Assembly: GCA_902634075.1 (NCBI GenBank)
Contig: CACPJA010000001.1
Location: forward strand, 25,629-89,628
Reading direction: 5' to 3'
Source of the DNA: an uncultured Gammaproteobacteria bacterium
GTDB lineage: Bacteria; Pseudomonadota; Gammaproteobacteria; Steroidobacterales; UBA11654
Length of the DNA stretch: 64,000 nucleotides
Position numbers and translations under genes: made by a program. The number at the start of each line of letters is the position of its first letter. The stretch's first letter is position 1. The notes beneath the pieces are model-generated. The model did not search any database and was not told the origin of the DNA. It worked only from the letters and a program-made list of their open reading frames with translations. This document shows positions 28,638-38,460 of the stretch, piece by piece.

Positions 28638-29329
28638 ACCAACTCACCTTCGTTGAGCTCGTGCATGGTTTTCCCTTTCTCAGCTAAAGCTAAGTCGTGC
28701 GTTACAATCACGATGGTGGTGCCAAAAGAGCGGTTAATATCAAGCAGCAAATTACTAATTTTCCCTGTGCTGTTTTTGTCGAGATTTCCTGTTGGCTCAT
28801 CTGCAAACAATATAGTCGGTTCTTTTACCATGGCCCTAGCAATAGCCACCCTTTGTTTTTCGCCCCCAGATAGCTGATTGGGAAGATGAAGAGCGCGCTT
28901 CTCGAGTCCCATTTGTGAGAGCGCATTCATTGATTTTTCTCTTGCTTGTTTATCACCCAAGATTTCCAATGGCAACATAATATTGTCAAGAGCTGAGAGC
29001 CTTGGTAGCAAATGAAACGATTGAAACACAAAGCCAACGTTCTTACTTCTTACTTGTGCTCTGCGGTCTTCATTCATGCTGGTAATCTCTTCGCCAAGAA
29101 GATTAATTGTTCCTGTTGTCGGTAAGTCTAGCCCTGCCATAATAGCCAACAATGTTGTTTTTCCAGACCCGGATGGGCCAACAATAGAAGTCACATCACC
29201 AGGGTTGATTGTTAAGCTAACATCTTTAAGTATTGTCAAAACCCCTTCAGGGCTGTTAACTTCTTTACTTATGTTTTGGACTTCTAAAATTGATTCTTTC
29301 ACAAAGCGCTCGTGGTTATCTGTTGCCAT
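28634..29329 (-). CDS. ybbA: ABC transporter ATP-binding protein, YbbA/LolD family
   Basis: GPSGSGKTT, GFVFQSFHL, LSGGEKQRVAIARA, FADEPTGNLD; start uncertain (29329 or 29347). Confidence 0.88.
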   Translation of the reverse strand: MATDNHERFVKESILEVQNISKEVNSPEGVLTILKDVSLTINPGDVTSIVGPSGSGKTTLLAIMAGLDLPTTGTINLLGEEITSMNEDRRAQVRSKNVGFVFQSFHLLPRLSALDNIMLPLEILGDKQAREKSMNALSQMGLEKRALHLPNQLSGGEKQRVAIARAMVKEPTILFADEPTGNLDKNSTGKISNLLLDINRSFGTTIVIVTHDLALAEKGKTMHELNEGELV

Positions 29330-29927
29330 TTTACTGATAGTTATCACAACAGCAACTTCTGCTAACGAATCTATGGCGCCAGCAAAAAAAATACTGGTTC
29401 TTGGAGATAGTCTTAGTGCAGGTCTCGGGGTTGATTATGACCAATCATGGCCTCTTCTCGTTGAAGAGGAATTAAGAAGCGAGGGCTATGATTACATTGT
29501 TGTCAATGCAGGGATAAGTGGTGACACAACTTCCGGAGGTTTGTCTCGCTTACCCAAATTGATAAGCTTGCATCAACCAGAAATCTTAATTCTTGAGCTT
29601 GGTGGCAATGATGGGTTAAGAGGAACACCGTTGGGCTTGGTCGAGAATAATCTTAGGAAAATGATTGAACTTTCTAATGAAGCCGGAATCAATGTCTTAA
29701 TGATGGGTGTTCAGCTTCCTCCAAATTATGGGATTTCTTACACTACATCTTTTGAAGCAATATTTTCGAATTTATCCGAAGAGTTTGGCTTGGTATTAGT
29801 GAAAGGAGAATTGGCTGACATGATCAAAGATGGGCTAATGCAGTCCGACGGTATTCACCCGAATGCTCAAGGTCATATCATGATCCAACAAGTAGTTTGG
29901 AAAGACCTTATAAGGTTGCTGCAATAG
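29271..29927 (+). CDS. tesA: Arylesterase/acyl-CoA thioesterase I (SGNH hydrolase)
   Basis: GDSLSAG, NAGISGDTT, ELGGNDGLRG, DGIHPN; signal-peptide-like segment after ATG 29271 (start uncertain). Confidence 0.88.
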   Translation: MFWTSKIDSFTKRSWLSVAILLIVITTATSANESMAPAKKILVLGDSLSAGLGVDYDQSWPLLVEEELRSEGYDYIVVNAGISGDTTSGGLSRLPKLISLHQPEILILELGGNDGLRGTPLGLVENNLRKMIELSNEAGINVLMMGVQLPPNYGISYTTSFEAIFSNLSEEFGLVLVKGELADMIKDGLMQSDGIHPNAQGHIMIQQVVWKDLIRLLQ

Positions 29928-30606
29928 AGGCTTGTATTTTTTCAGCGGCCTCTCTGGGGCTGTCTGCGTTTTGAATTGGTCGCCCAACAACTATATAGTC
30001 AGCACCTCTTTCAAAAGCTTGTTCGACGCTAACCACTCGTTTTTGATCGTCTGTTGGTCTGTTTTCAACCGGTCGAATACCCGGGGTAACTATGAGCAGC
30101 TTTTGATCCACTTCGCTGCGAATATGATCAAGCTCCAGACCGGAAGCCACAATACCGTCACAGCCGCTGGACAGTGCACGCTTAGCTCTTGATATTACCA
30201 GCTCTTCTACATCACATTTGAAACCCATATCATCTAGATCGCCCTGGTCAAGACTGGTGAGCGCTGTCACAGCAAGTACCTTGAGATTGCCTTTCTCAGC
30301 TGCTGCTGCTTCCATCATGCTTTGGTTACCGTGAATTGTTGTAAAGTAAGCGCCTCTTTGGCTCAGTCTTTTCACTGCTTTTGATACCGTTGCTGGGACA
30401 TCAAAGAGTTTCAAATCGACAAAAACTTTTTTATCATTTTCAACCAGCCAGTCAAGCAAACTAAAATAGTCGCCGGTCATCATTAGTTCCATACCAATCT
30501 TATAAAATGACACGCTATCACCAAGCTCTACAACCAATTCTTTAGCGCGGCTAACCTCTGGGACATCGAGTGCAAAAATTAGTCTGTCGTTATTATTTAT
30601 AGACAT
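29908..30606 (-). CDS. pyrF: Orotidine-5'-phosphate decarboxylase
   Basis: IFALDV, DLKLFDVPATV, VTPGIRP, DDQKRV, VVGRPI. Confidence 0.96.
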   Translation of the reverse strand: MSINNNDRLIFALDVPEVSRAKELVVELGDSVSFYKIGMELMMTGDYFSLLDWLVENDKKVFVDLKLFDVPATVSKAVKRLSQRGAYFTTIHGNQSMMEAAAAEKGNLKVLAVTALTSLDQGDLDDMGFKCDVEELVISRAKRALSSGCDGIVASGLELDHIRSEVDQKLLIVTPGIRPVENRPTDDQKRVVSVEQAFERGADYIVVGRPIQNADSPREAAEKIQASIAATL

Positions 30607-30610
30607 TTAG

Positions 30611-31678
30611 CTACCCTCCTAGAACCTCTAAAAGATCTTCTTCAGAGTATTCCGATGTTAAAAATGCTTCGCCCATCTTTTGCAACAAGACCAGCTGAAT
30701 TTTTCTTTCCTTAACCTTTTTATCGCTTTTCATAGCATTTATAAAATCATTAGTATTAATGTCGGGTGGCTCTATAGGTAAGCCGGCTTTTGTGAGTAGA
30801 TCTTTAACCATCTCAACCTCCTCTTTGGAGATAAGCGACATTTTAGCTGATAACTTACACGCCAAAACCATTCCTGCTGCAACCGCTTCCCCGTGCAACC
30901 AATCACTATAGCCTGTTTGAAGCTCTATGGCATGCCCAAAAGTATGGCCAAAATTAAGGATGGCTCTAATGGACTGCTCCTTTTCATCGGCGCTCACAAT
31001 CTCTGATTTAATTTGGCAGGAACGCTGTATTGCGTGCCCGAGTGCTGCCCGGTCGTGTTTTAAAATATTTTGAATATTATCATTCAACCAAGATAGAAAC
31101 TTTGTATCGTGGATCAGTCCATATTTGATTATTTCAGCAAGGCCCGCTGACATTTCTTTCTCGTTTAATGTCGATAGAAAAGCAGTATCACAAATAACTG
31201 CTGATGGCTGATAAAAAGAGCCCACCAGATTTTTCCCGTAACTATTATTAACGCCAGTTTTCCCGCCAACTGATGCGTCAACCTGTGCTAATAAGGTTGT
31301 TGGAATTTGTATTAGGTTTATGCCTCGCATGAAAATAGAGGCTGCAAAACCCCCCATATCGCAAATCACGCCGCCTCCTAAACTGATAAGTGTTGCATCT
31401 CGTCCAAGCCCTGCTTCAAGCATATGATGAATAACTTTATGAACATTTTTTAATGTCTTTTCTTGTTCGCCATCTGGGAGGCTGAAGGTAACGATATTCT
31501 TATCGGGTAAGCTTGCTTTGATCTGTTCAAGATAAAGTGGTCCAACCGTTTCATTGGTCAGAACAAGAACGTCATTGCCTAGAACAGAATCAGTAATCGC
31601 CTGTGGTTCGGAGCTGGAACCTTTGCCTATAAATATTGGATAACTTCTATCTCCTAAATTTACTTGTTCAATATTCAT
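30611..31678 (-). CDS. aroB: 3-dehydroquinate synthase
   Basis: PDGEQEK, LGGGVICD, PTTLLAQVDASVGGKTG, LNFGHTFGHAIE. Confidence 0.96.
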   Translation of the reverse strand: MNIEQVNLGDRSYPIFIGKGSSSEPQAITDSVLGNDVLVLTNETVGPLYLEQIKASLPDKNIVTFSLPDGEQEKTLKNVHKVIHHMLEAGLGRDATLISLGGGVICDMGGFAASIFMRGINLIQIPTTLLAQVDASVGGKTGVNNSYGKNLVGSFYQPSAVICDTAFLSTLNEKEMSAGLAEIIKYGLIHDTKFLSWLNDNIQNILKHDRAALGHAIQRSCQIKSEIVSADEKEQSIRAILNFGHTFGHAIELQTGYSDWLHGEAVAAGMVLACKLSAKMSLISKEEVEMVKDLLTKAGLPIEPPDINTNDFINAMKSDKKVKERKIQLVLLQKMGEAFLTSEYSEEDLLEVLGG

Positions 31679-32189
31679 TGATTTCTCTTTGTATCTCTTT
31701 TGACATCTCTTGCAAAGACTTATTATCAGTCATAATTGTTATGTCTGCTATTTCTTCATAGAGGGGGCCCCTTGTCAACATCAGTTTCTCAAGGGTTTCT
31801 TCGGCGTCTTTATTTTTTAAAAGCGGTCTATTGTTGCTTGAGGCTGTTCTTTCAACCTGGGAAGAAATGCTTGTTTGAAGATAAACCACCGTGCCTCTAT
31901 CTTTTAGTATGTTCCTGTTTTCTTTAGATAAAACAATACCTCCCCCAGTGGAAAGAACCATATTGTTATCAGCTAAACACTCTTTTAATGCTAAACATTC
32001 TCTTTTTCTAAAACCTTCTTCTCCTTCCATATCAAAAATGTAGGCGATATCTACCCCAGTCTTTTTCATGATTTCCTCATCGGTATCAAGAAACTTTTTA
32101 TCTAAATTGTTTGCTAGTAATCTAGCGACAGAGGTTTTTCCCGAACCCATGGGTCCAATGAGTAGAATATTGTTAGTGTTATTTGGCAT
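31668..32189 (-). CDS. aroK: Shikimate kinase
   Basis: GPMGSGKT, EGEEGFR, STGGG, RPLL. Confidence 0.95.
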   Translation of the reverse strand: MPNNTNNILLIGPMGSGKTSVARLLANNLDKKFLDTDEEIMKKTGVDIAYIFDMEGEEGFRKRECLALKECLADNNMVLSTGGGIVLSKENRNILKDRGTVVYLQTSISSQVERTASSNNRPLLKNKDAEETLEKLMLTRGPLYEEIADITIMTDNKSLQEMSKEIQREINEY

Positions 32190-32254
32190 AAACAGTAAAA
32201 AGCGATAAAGCTAAGATTATATTAAGTTGAAATAGGGTTGGTGAAGAAATTATA

Positions 32255-33547
32255 TTATCGTTGGTCAATCGCAATATAATCTCGTCGTTGTTCGCCAAGA
32301 TAAAGCTGTCTTGGTCGACCAATCTTTAGGCTTGGTTGAGACTGCATCTCACACCAATGTGTAGCCCAGCCTAAGGTTCTGGCCAAAGCAAACATAACTG
32401 TGAACATTTCTTTTGGTATGCCCATTGCTTGATAAATAATTCCAGAATAAAAATCTACATTAGGGTACAAATTGCGCTCTATAAAGTATTCGTCCTTTAG
32501 GGCTATTTGCTCCAACTCTTGAGCAAGCTCAAACATCGGATCATCATCATTCTCCATAGCATTCAAGACCTTATGGCACTCCTCTCTAATAATCGTTGCT
32601 CTGGGATCAAAGTTTTTATAAACCCTGTGTCCAAATCCCATAAGTCTAAATCGGTCATTTTTGTCTTTAGCTTTTGCAATATACTTTGGAATGTTGTCTT
32701 TGTTACCTATTTCACCAAACATTTTAACGACAGCTTCATTTGCACCGCCATGAGCGGGGCCCCACAATGCTGCGACACCTGCTGCAATTGATGCATAAGG
32801 GTTAGTTCCAGAGCTTCCGGTTAGTCTAACTGATGAGGTGCTACAGTTTTGCTCATGATCTGCGTGCAAAATCATAAGTATGTCTAACGCTTTAGCAAAA
32901 ACCGGGTCTATCTTATACTCGCCATTACCTCCGAAAAACAGGCTCAAAATATTTTCTGAATAGCTCAACTCTTCGTGATACTGTCCTATGTTTGTTTGGT
33001 TTCTATGATTAAAAATGCTAGCAACTAATATGGGCGTTTTACCAAGCACATTGAAAAAGAATTTTTTTTGGTCTTCGTGGTTTTTAATATCGATTTCATC
33101 ATGATAAATACTGGAAAGTGATGCCATTGCTGTTGTAAGCATAGCCATCGGGTGTGAATCTTTATCGAGGCCTTCAAATAGTTTTTTAGTTTGTTGGGGT
33201 ATGACCATATTAGCCTTAACATTTGCCCTAAAATCTTCAAGACTGTTTTCACTTGGAAGCTCTCCGTTGAAGAGCAAGTATGCAACCTCTAGATAAGTGC
33301 TTAATTCTGCAAGTTGCTCAATTGGGTAGCCTCTGTATTCCAATATGCCTTCGTTGCCATCAATATAGGTAATGTAGCTTTCACAGCTAGCTGTAGCCGA
33401 GTAAGAAGGATCAAATGTAAACAGCCCTGTTTGACTATAGAGTCTCTTTAAGTCAATTACGTTAGGGCCTACAGTTGCCTCTTTAACATCGAGTTCGAAT
33501 GAGCCCGAGTTAGTTTTGAGGCTGATGGTTTTGTTTTTTTTTTGCAC
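32255..33547 (-). CDS. gltA: Citrate synthase
   Basis: ILHADHEQN, LWGPAHGGANE, RLMGFGHRVYKNFDPRA, YPNVDFYSG. Confidence 0.97.
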   Translation of the reverse strand: MQKKNKTISLKTNSGSFELDVKEATVGPNVIDLKRLYSQTGLFTFDPSYSATASCESYITYIDGNEGILEYRGYPIEQLAELSTYLEVAYLLFNGELPSENSLEDFRANVKANMVIPQQTKKLFEGLDKDSHPMAMLTTAMASLSSIYHDEIDIKNHEDQKKFFFNVLGKTPILVASIFNHRNQTNIGQYHEELSYSENILSLFFGGNGEYKIDPVFAKALDILMILHADHEQNCSTSSVRLTGSSGTNPYASIAAGVAALWGPAHGGANEAVVKMFGEIGNKDNIPKYIAKAKDKNDRFRLMGFGHRVYKNFDPRATIIREECHKVLNAMENDDDPMFELAQELEQIALKDEYFIERNLYPNVDFYSGIIYQAMGIPKEMFTVMFALARTLGWATHWCEMQSQPSLKIGRPRQLYLGEQRRDYIAIDQR

Positions 33548-33564
33548 TTATATACTTCTATGCC

Positions 33565-33771
33565 TTAAGACTGAATGCCAAATCGTTTTCTAAACTTATC
33601 AACTCTACCAGCAGTATCTACAATCTTTTGTTGTCCTGTATAGAATGGGTGACATGAAGAGCAAACTTCAATAGCAAGATCTTCAAGTAAAGTGGACTTA
33701 GTGACAAATGAGTTGCCACAAGAACAAGTAACTTTAATTTCATTGTATTCTGGATGTGTTTCTTTTTTCAT
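33565..33771 (-). CDS. rpmE: 50S ribosomal protein L31 (Zn-binding type)
   Basis: [33 protein letters not shown]. Confidence 0.97.
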   Translation of the reverse strand: MKKETHPEYNEIKVTCSCGNSFVTKSTLLEDLAIEVCSSCHPFYTGQQKIVDTAGRVDKFRKRFGIQS

Positions 33772-33888
33772 TTTTAGCCGGTTAGAAATTATTTTTTATT
33801 TATTGTCAAACCCAAATATTTTTTGGGTGGCAAGGATAACGACTTGTGGTGACATTTTCAAGAAAATTAGGCGGGGCTTTTGTTGGCT

Positions 33889-34176
33889 TTATCCACAAAA
33901 TCTGTGGATAACTTTGTGGAAAACAGTAAAAAATAAAGCGATATGTTCAAAAACGCTGATTATTACAAAATTGTGTAAAAAATATACAGTTTTGCCCTTT
34001 TACCATTTATATCAATACTTTATAAGGATTTATTATTGTAATCTAGTTGAAATGATCTCTAATTGATCTATAAAAATTTAAAGTTTTTTTTTCTGTGAAT
34101 AATTAGCAAAATTATTCGACTAACAGAAAACATCAAATTCATTAATGATCAATACTTTATATCGCATTAATTCACA
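33889..34176. promoter_or_regulatory. DnaA-box cluster with IHF sites and AT-rich segment (DARS-like element or oriC)
   Basis: TTATCCACA 33889-97, TGTGGATAA 33903-11, TGTGGAAAA 33915-23, TGTGTAAAA 33972-80, TGTGAATAA 34094-102, TAATTCACA 34168-76; IHF consensus TATCAATACTTTA 34010-22 and near-copy 34147-59. Confidence 0.8.
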
Positions 34177-34181
34177 AATTT

Positions 34182-34772
34182 TCATGAAATATGTTGTTTA
34201 AGTTTTGCAAGCGCTTTTGCTCGATGACTTATTTTGTTTTTGTGTTTGGCTTGAAGCTCTGCTGATGACTTCCCTGTTTTTGGGTCTAAAAAAAGTGGGT
34301 CATAACCAAACCCTCTTGACCCTTTATGCTTTAACAATATCTCACCCTTCCAAGTTCCGCTAAAGGTATGAACCTTTTTTGGGTCCTCATTTTCTATTAG
34401 TGCAATTACGCATTCAAACCTTGCGTTTCTGTTGTTTGTCTTTTTCTCTTCTAGTTTTCTTAATAACTTCCTGTTGTTCTTTTCGTCAGTTGCATCCTCT
34501 CCGCTGTAGCGAGCTGAATAGACTCCTGGCTCACCATCTAAAGCCTCGACCACTAATCCTGAATCATCTCCAATTGTTGATAGGCCTGTTATTTTATGAA
34601 TCTCACGAGCTTTGATAATAGCGTTCTCTTTAAAACTCGTTCCTGTTTCAGGTATTGGTCCTATGTTGAAGTCAGCTTGTTTTAAAACTTGATAGGCATG
34701 ACCGAGGATATCTTTGATTTCAAGAATCTTGTGTTCGTTATTAGAGGCAAGTACTAGGGTCTTTTTCTTCAT
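34182..34772 (-). CDS. rdgB: Non-canonical purine NTP pyrophosphatase (RdgB/HAM1)
   Basis: LASNNEHK, ETGTSFKENA, DDSGL, PGVYSARY, GFGYDPLF, SHRAKA; start set at MKKK (34772). Confidence 0.94.
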   Translation of the reverse strand: MKKKTLVLASNNEHKILEIKDILGHAYQVLKQADFNIGPIPETGTSFKENAIIKAREIHKITGLSTIGDDSGLVVEALDGEPGVYSARYSGEDATDEKNNRKLLRKLEEKKTNNRNARFECVIALIENEDPKKVHTFSGTWKGEILLKHKGSRGFGYDPLFLDPKTGKSSAELQAKHKNKISHRAKALAKLKQHIS

Positions 34773-34831
34773 ATGTATTTTGAAAAATTTTATAGGGTAA
34801 TTTAACAAAGCATTATATATTTGTTCTGGTA

Positions 34832-35449
34832 ATGAGTACTAACAGTCCTTTAATAATCGTAATTTCTGCCCCATCTGGAACAGGCAAAACGACTATTGTA
34901 AGAGAATTAATTAGGAAGAATGAAAATTTAGTGGCCTCTGTTTCTTACACAACCAGAAAGAAGCGAGCTAATGAGATCGACGGCAAAGATTATAATTTTG
35001 TTTCTTCAGAACTGTTTTCAACAATGGTTGAAGAGAAATCATTTCTAGAACACGCTAAAGTTTTTGATTGTTTTTATGGGACACCAAAACAAGAGGTTGA
35101 AGACAACCTAAATAAAGGCTTAAACGTTATTCTTGAAATTGACTGGCAAGGGGCTATGCAAATTAAGAAGGAGAGATCCGATTGTTTAATGTTGTTTATA
35201 ATTCCACCCTCAAAAGAAGAGTTGATGCTTAGACTAAAAAAAAGAGGGACCGATAGCAATAACGAAATTCGGCTCAGGTTTGACGAAGCTTTGAACGACT
35301 TAAACCAATATCAAAACTTCGATAACGTCTTTATTAATGAGGATGTCAGGTCAACTGTTCAGGCAATAACAGCATTCATCAAAGACCCTAGCAAGGCAAG
35401 CTCTTTAAATGACGAGGTAATGACGATAATTCGTAGCTTTCGTTCTTGA
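34832..35449 (+). CDS. gmk: Guanylate kinase
   Basis: SAPSGTGKTT, SVSYTTR, YGT, LEIDWQGA. Confidence 0.96.
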   Translation: MSTNSPLIIVISAPSGTGKTTIVRELIRKNENLVASVSYTTRKKRANEIDGKDYNFVSSELFSTMVEEKSFLEHAKVFDCFYGTPKQEVEDNLNKGLNVILEIDWQGAMQIKKERSDCLMLFIIPPSKEELMLRLKKRGTDSNNEIRLRFDEALNDLNQYQNFDNVFINEDVRSTVQAITAFIKDPSKASSLNDEVMTIIRSFRS

Positions 35450-35462
35450 GCATAGAAACCTA

Positions 35463-35490
35463 TTGACATCTACTGATCTGCAAGTAATCT
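35463..35490 (+). promoter_or_regulatory. Putative internal sigma70 promoter for rpoZ-spoT
   Basis: TTGACA (35463-68), 16 nt, TAATCT (35485-90) in the gmk-rpoZ gap. Confidence 0.5.
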
Positions 35491-35518
35491 ATGCCATCTA
35501 AAATAGGTGGTATATATT

Positions 35519-35782
35519 ATGGCTAGAGTTACTGTAGAAGATTGTTTAGAGCACACTGAGGGTATTTTTGATCTCGTAAAGCTTGCTTCAAAAAGAGCGA
35601 GGAGAATTGCTAACGGCTCTGAAACTTTGCTTGAAGAACAACAGAATGACAAACCGTCTGTTCTTGCTCTTAGGGAGATAGCTGAAGGACACCTTGATAA
35701 TCCCGACTTTCACAGGACTGAAAGCGACCTAGAAAAAGAACTCGCTGAAGAGCTTTCTAAAACAGAAGAAGATATAGCCTAG
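35519..35782 (+). CDS. rpoZ: RNA polymerase omega subunit
   Basis: [32 protein letters not shown]. Confidence 0.96.
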   Translation: MARVTVEDCLEHTEGIFDLVKLASKRARRIANGSETLLEEQQNDKPSVLALREIAEGHLDNPDFHRTESDLEKELAEELSKTEEDIA

Positions 35783-35873
35783 TTCTATAGAGGTATTCAA
35801 CAAACCAATTCAAAAAGCAGGGTCTACTGTTGTAGAATTATTTCTATAGTACTAACCAAACTGAATAAGAAAG

Positions 35874-38030
35874 TTGCCTGAGTCCGTTAAAAAATTCGCT
35901 GATGAGATGTTGGAACGCAAACCAACTAAACTATTAAAGCAGTTAATCTCTGAATTAGATTATTTAGATAAGGAAGATATTGATCTAATAAAAAAAGCCT
36001 ATGCTTACTCAAGTGTTGCTCATGAGCATCAATCAAGAAAGAGTGGGGAACCATATATCGTTCACCCAACTGGTGTCGCCAGCATTTTGGCTGACTTGCG
36101 CCTCGATAAAGAGTCTATAGCGGCTGGTCTTTTACATGATGTGCTTGAGGACACCGTTGTAAATGAAGCGCTGTTAAAAAAAGAATTTGGCGAAGAGGTC
36201 TTGAGCCTTGTTGATGGCGTGAGCAAGCTTGATCAAATTGAGCACAGTGATATAAAACACCATCAGGCAGAGAGTTTTAGAAAGATGATGTTAGCCATGG
36301 TCAAAGATATCAGGGTTATACTAATCAAACTAGCTGATCGGCTTCATAACATACAATCCCTCCATGCTCTCGATCAAGGAAAACAAATTAAAATTGCCAA
36401 AGAAACTCTAGAAGTCTATGCGCCGATTGCAAATCGGTTGGGAATTTTCAACATTAAAACAGCTCTTGAGGAAGAGGCTTTCAAATACGGTTACCCTTTT
36501 AGGCATAAGATTCTTAGCTCATCTCTAAAAAGAAAGCTTGGAAACCAAAAAAGAATACTAAAAAAAATTAGCAAAAGAATCTCGAAAAAGCTCAATGAGG
36601 CTAATATAGATCATAAAATTACTGCTAGAGAGAAAGACCTTTATAGCATCTACACAAAGATGAAACGAAGACACTTATCGCTTGATAAAATAATAGATGT
36701 CTATGGCTTAAGAATAATTGTTCATAGCTCGCAAGAATGTTACCAGGTCCTTGGTTTGGTTCATGAGGTCTACAAACCTATTATAGGTAAGTTTAAGGAC
36801 TATATTGCTATTCCTAGAGTTAATGGCTACCAATCAATCCACACCAGTTTATTGGGTCCAAGTGGCACGCCAATTGAGATTCAGATTAGAACTAAAGACA
36901 TGGACCAGGTCGCTGAAAGCGGTATTGCCGCACACTGGAAATACAAATCTGCGACTGGAGATGATTCAGCCCCCCAAATAAAGGCGAGAGAATGGCTGGC
37001 TAACATTAAAGAAATTCAAGGAACAGCTCACCCTGAAGAGTTTTTAGAAAGAATCAAGCTTGATTTGTACCCGGATAAAATTTATGTCTTTAGCCCTGAT
37101 GGCGATATTTATCGACTGCCAAATAACTCTACTTGTGTTGATTTTGCGTATGCTATTCATACAGACATAGGTAACAGTTGCATAGGTGCAAAAATAGATC
37201 GTTCTCAGGTTCCATTAAGGACCGTTTTAGAAAGCGGACAAACCGTGCAAATCATGACCTCTCGATATTCCAGCCCTGACCCAAGTTGGCTGTCTTTTAT
37301 AACCACGGCAAAGGCGCGTCATAATCTAAGATCTTATCTTAAAGATCTTAATGTTGAGCAAACCATTGTGCTTGGAAAGCGCTTATTTGATAACGCCTTA
37401 AACTCACTTGGCAAAAAACAAAGAAATATTAAAAAAGAACAAATTAGTGGTCTCTTAGAAAGAATGGACTTCAAAGACATGGAACAATTCTATGAAAGCA
37501 TGGGTGTTGGGGACAAAAACCCTCTTCTTATGGCACAAATCCTTCTTGGTGATGAAGAACTAGAAAACAACGCAGATGACCATAAGCCGCTTCTGATCAA
37601 AGGAACCGAAGGGGTATCTATAAATTTTGCTAAGTGCTGTTTACCAATTCCAGGGGACACTATCATAGGCCATTTAAGCAAAACAAAGGGTCTTGTTATC
37701 CACAGAAGACAGTGTCATCACTTGGGCACTTTTATAAAAGAGAGTAGTCGCTGGATCGGCGCTGAGTGGAGCGATGATATAGAGCATGAGTTATCTACTG
37801 AAATTACAGTCCATGCTAAACATAAGCCTGGCTCACTGGCTGCTATAGCTGGAAAACTGGCTGACAATGGATGCAATGTAGAGCAAGTTTCTTTGGCCAC
37901 TGAATACGAAGACGAAACCATTGATATCCTGTTTCAAATCCAAGTAGCCAATAGAAAGGATTTAGCTGATATTATGCGAGGCATAAAAGCTATGGGAAAT
38001 GTTGAGAAGGTTTCAAGAAGTCTGCATTAA
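35874..38030 (+). CDS. spoT: Bifunctional (p)ppGpp synthetase/hydrolase
   Basis: RKSGEPYIVHP, LLHDVLED, KLADRLHN, KDYIAIP..NGYQSIHT, TGS and ACT domains; follows rpoZ. Confidence 0.95.
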   Translation: MPESVKKFADEMLERKPTKLLKQLISELDYLDKEDIDLIKKAYAYSSVAHEHQSRKSGEPYIVHPTGVASILADLRLDKESIAAGLLHDVLEDTVVNEALLKKEFGEEVLSLVDGVSKLDQIEHSDIKHHQAESFRKMMLAMVKDIRVILIKLADRLHNIQSLHALDQGKQIKIAKETLEVYAPIANRLGIFNIKTALEEEAFKYGYPFRHKILSSSLKRKLGNQKRILKKISKRISKKLNEANIDHKITAREKDLYSIYTKMKRRHLSLDKIIDVYGLRIIVHSSQECYQVLGLVHEVYKPIIGKFKDYIAIPRVNGYQSIHTSLLGPSGTPIEIQIRTKDMDQVAESGIAAHWKYKSATGDDSAPQIKAREWLANIKEIQGTAHPEEFLERIKLDLYPDKIYVFSPDGDIYRLPNNSTCVDFAYAIHTDIGNSCIGAKIDRSQVPLRTVLESGQTVQIMTSRYSSPDPSWLSFITTAKARHNLRSYLKDLNVEQTIVLGKRLFDNALNSLGKKQRNIKKEQISGLLERMDFKDMEQFYESMGVGDKNPLLMAQILLGDEELENNADDHKPLLIKGTEGVSINFAKCCLPIPGDTIIGHLSKTKGLVIHRRQCHHLGTFIKESSRWIGAEWSDDIEHELSTEITVHAKHKPGSLAAIAGKLADNGCNVEQVSLATEYEDETIDILFQIQVANRKDLADIMRGIKAMGNVEKVSRSLH

Positions 38031-38045
38031 AATAGGAGCAACAAT

Positions 38046-38432
38046 ATGTCTAAAATTATTTCTACCGATGAAGCGCCACAAGCAATTGGTCCTTATTCTC
38101 AGGCGGTTAAGTCTGGAGGTTTGTTATTTTTATCGGGGCAAATACCTCTTAACAAAGAAGGGGAAATGAATGATGGGGATATTGAGTCAAAAACAAGGCA
38201 GGTATTTAAAAATATAGAGGCTATCCTCGCAGCTGAAAACCTAAGCTTAAGCCACATCATAAAAGTCAATATTTACCTAATTGATATCAGTAACTTTGAC
38301 ACTGTCAATAAAGTAATGTCTTCTCTTTTTAATGCCCCATATCCTGCCAGAGCTTTGGTCCAGGTTTCTGCGCTCCCCAAAGCTTCAGAGGTTGAGGTTG
38401 AGGTAGTGGCAGAGGCTCCTGAGTCCAACTAA
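38046..38432 (+). CDS. ridA: RidA/Rid family enamine deaminase
   Basis: APQAIGPYSQA, SGQIPL, PYPARA, LPKASEVEVE. Confidence 0.9.
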   Translation: MSKIISTDEAPQAIGPYSQAVKSGGLLFLSGQIPLNKEGEMNDGDIESKTRQVFKNIEAILAAENLSLSHIIKVNIYLIDISNFDTVNKVMSSLFNAPYPARALVQVSALPKASEVEVEVVAEAPESN

Positions 38433-38460
38433 ACTATTGTTAAGAGTTTCTGATTCAACT

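Noticed and set aside
33692-34066. 124-aa ORF containing LYPQNLWITLWK
   Set aside because: It is a translation of the DnaA-box array and is antisense to rpmE; probably spurious
37696-37704. Isolated DnaA box in spoT (and TGTGAATAA near 62687)
   Set aside because: Single boxes are expected by chance and show no clustering
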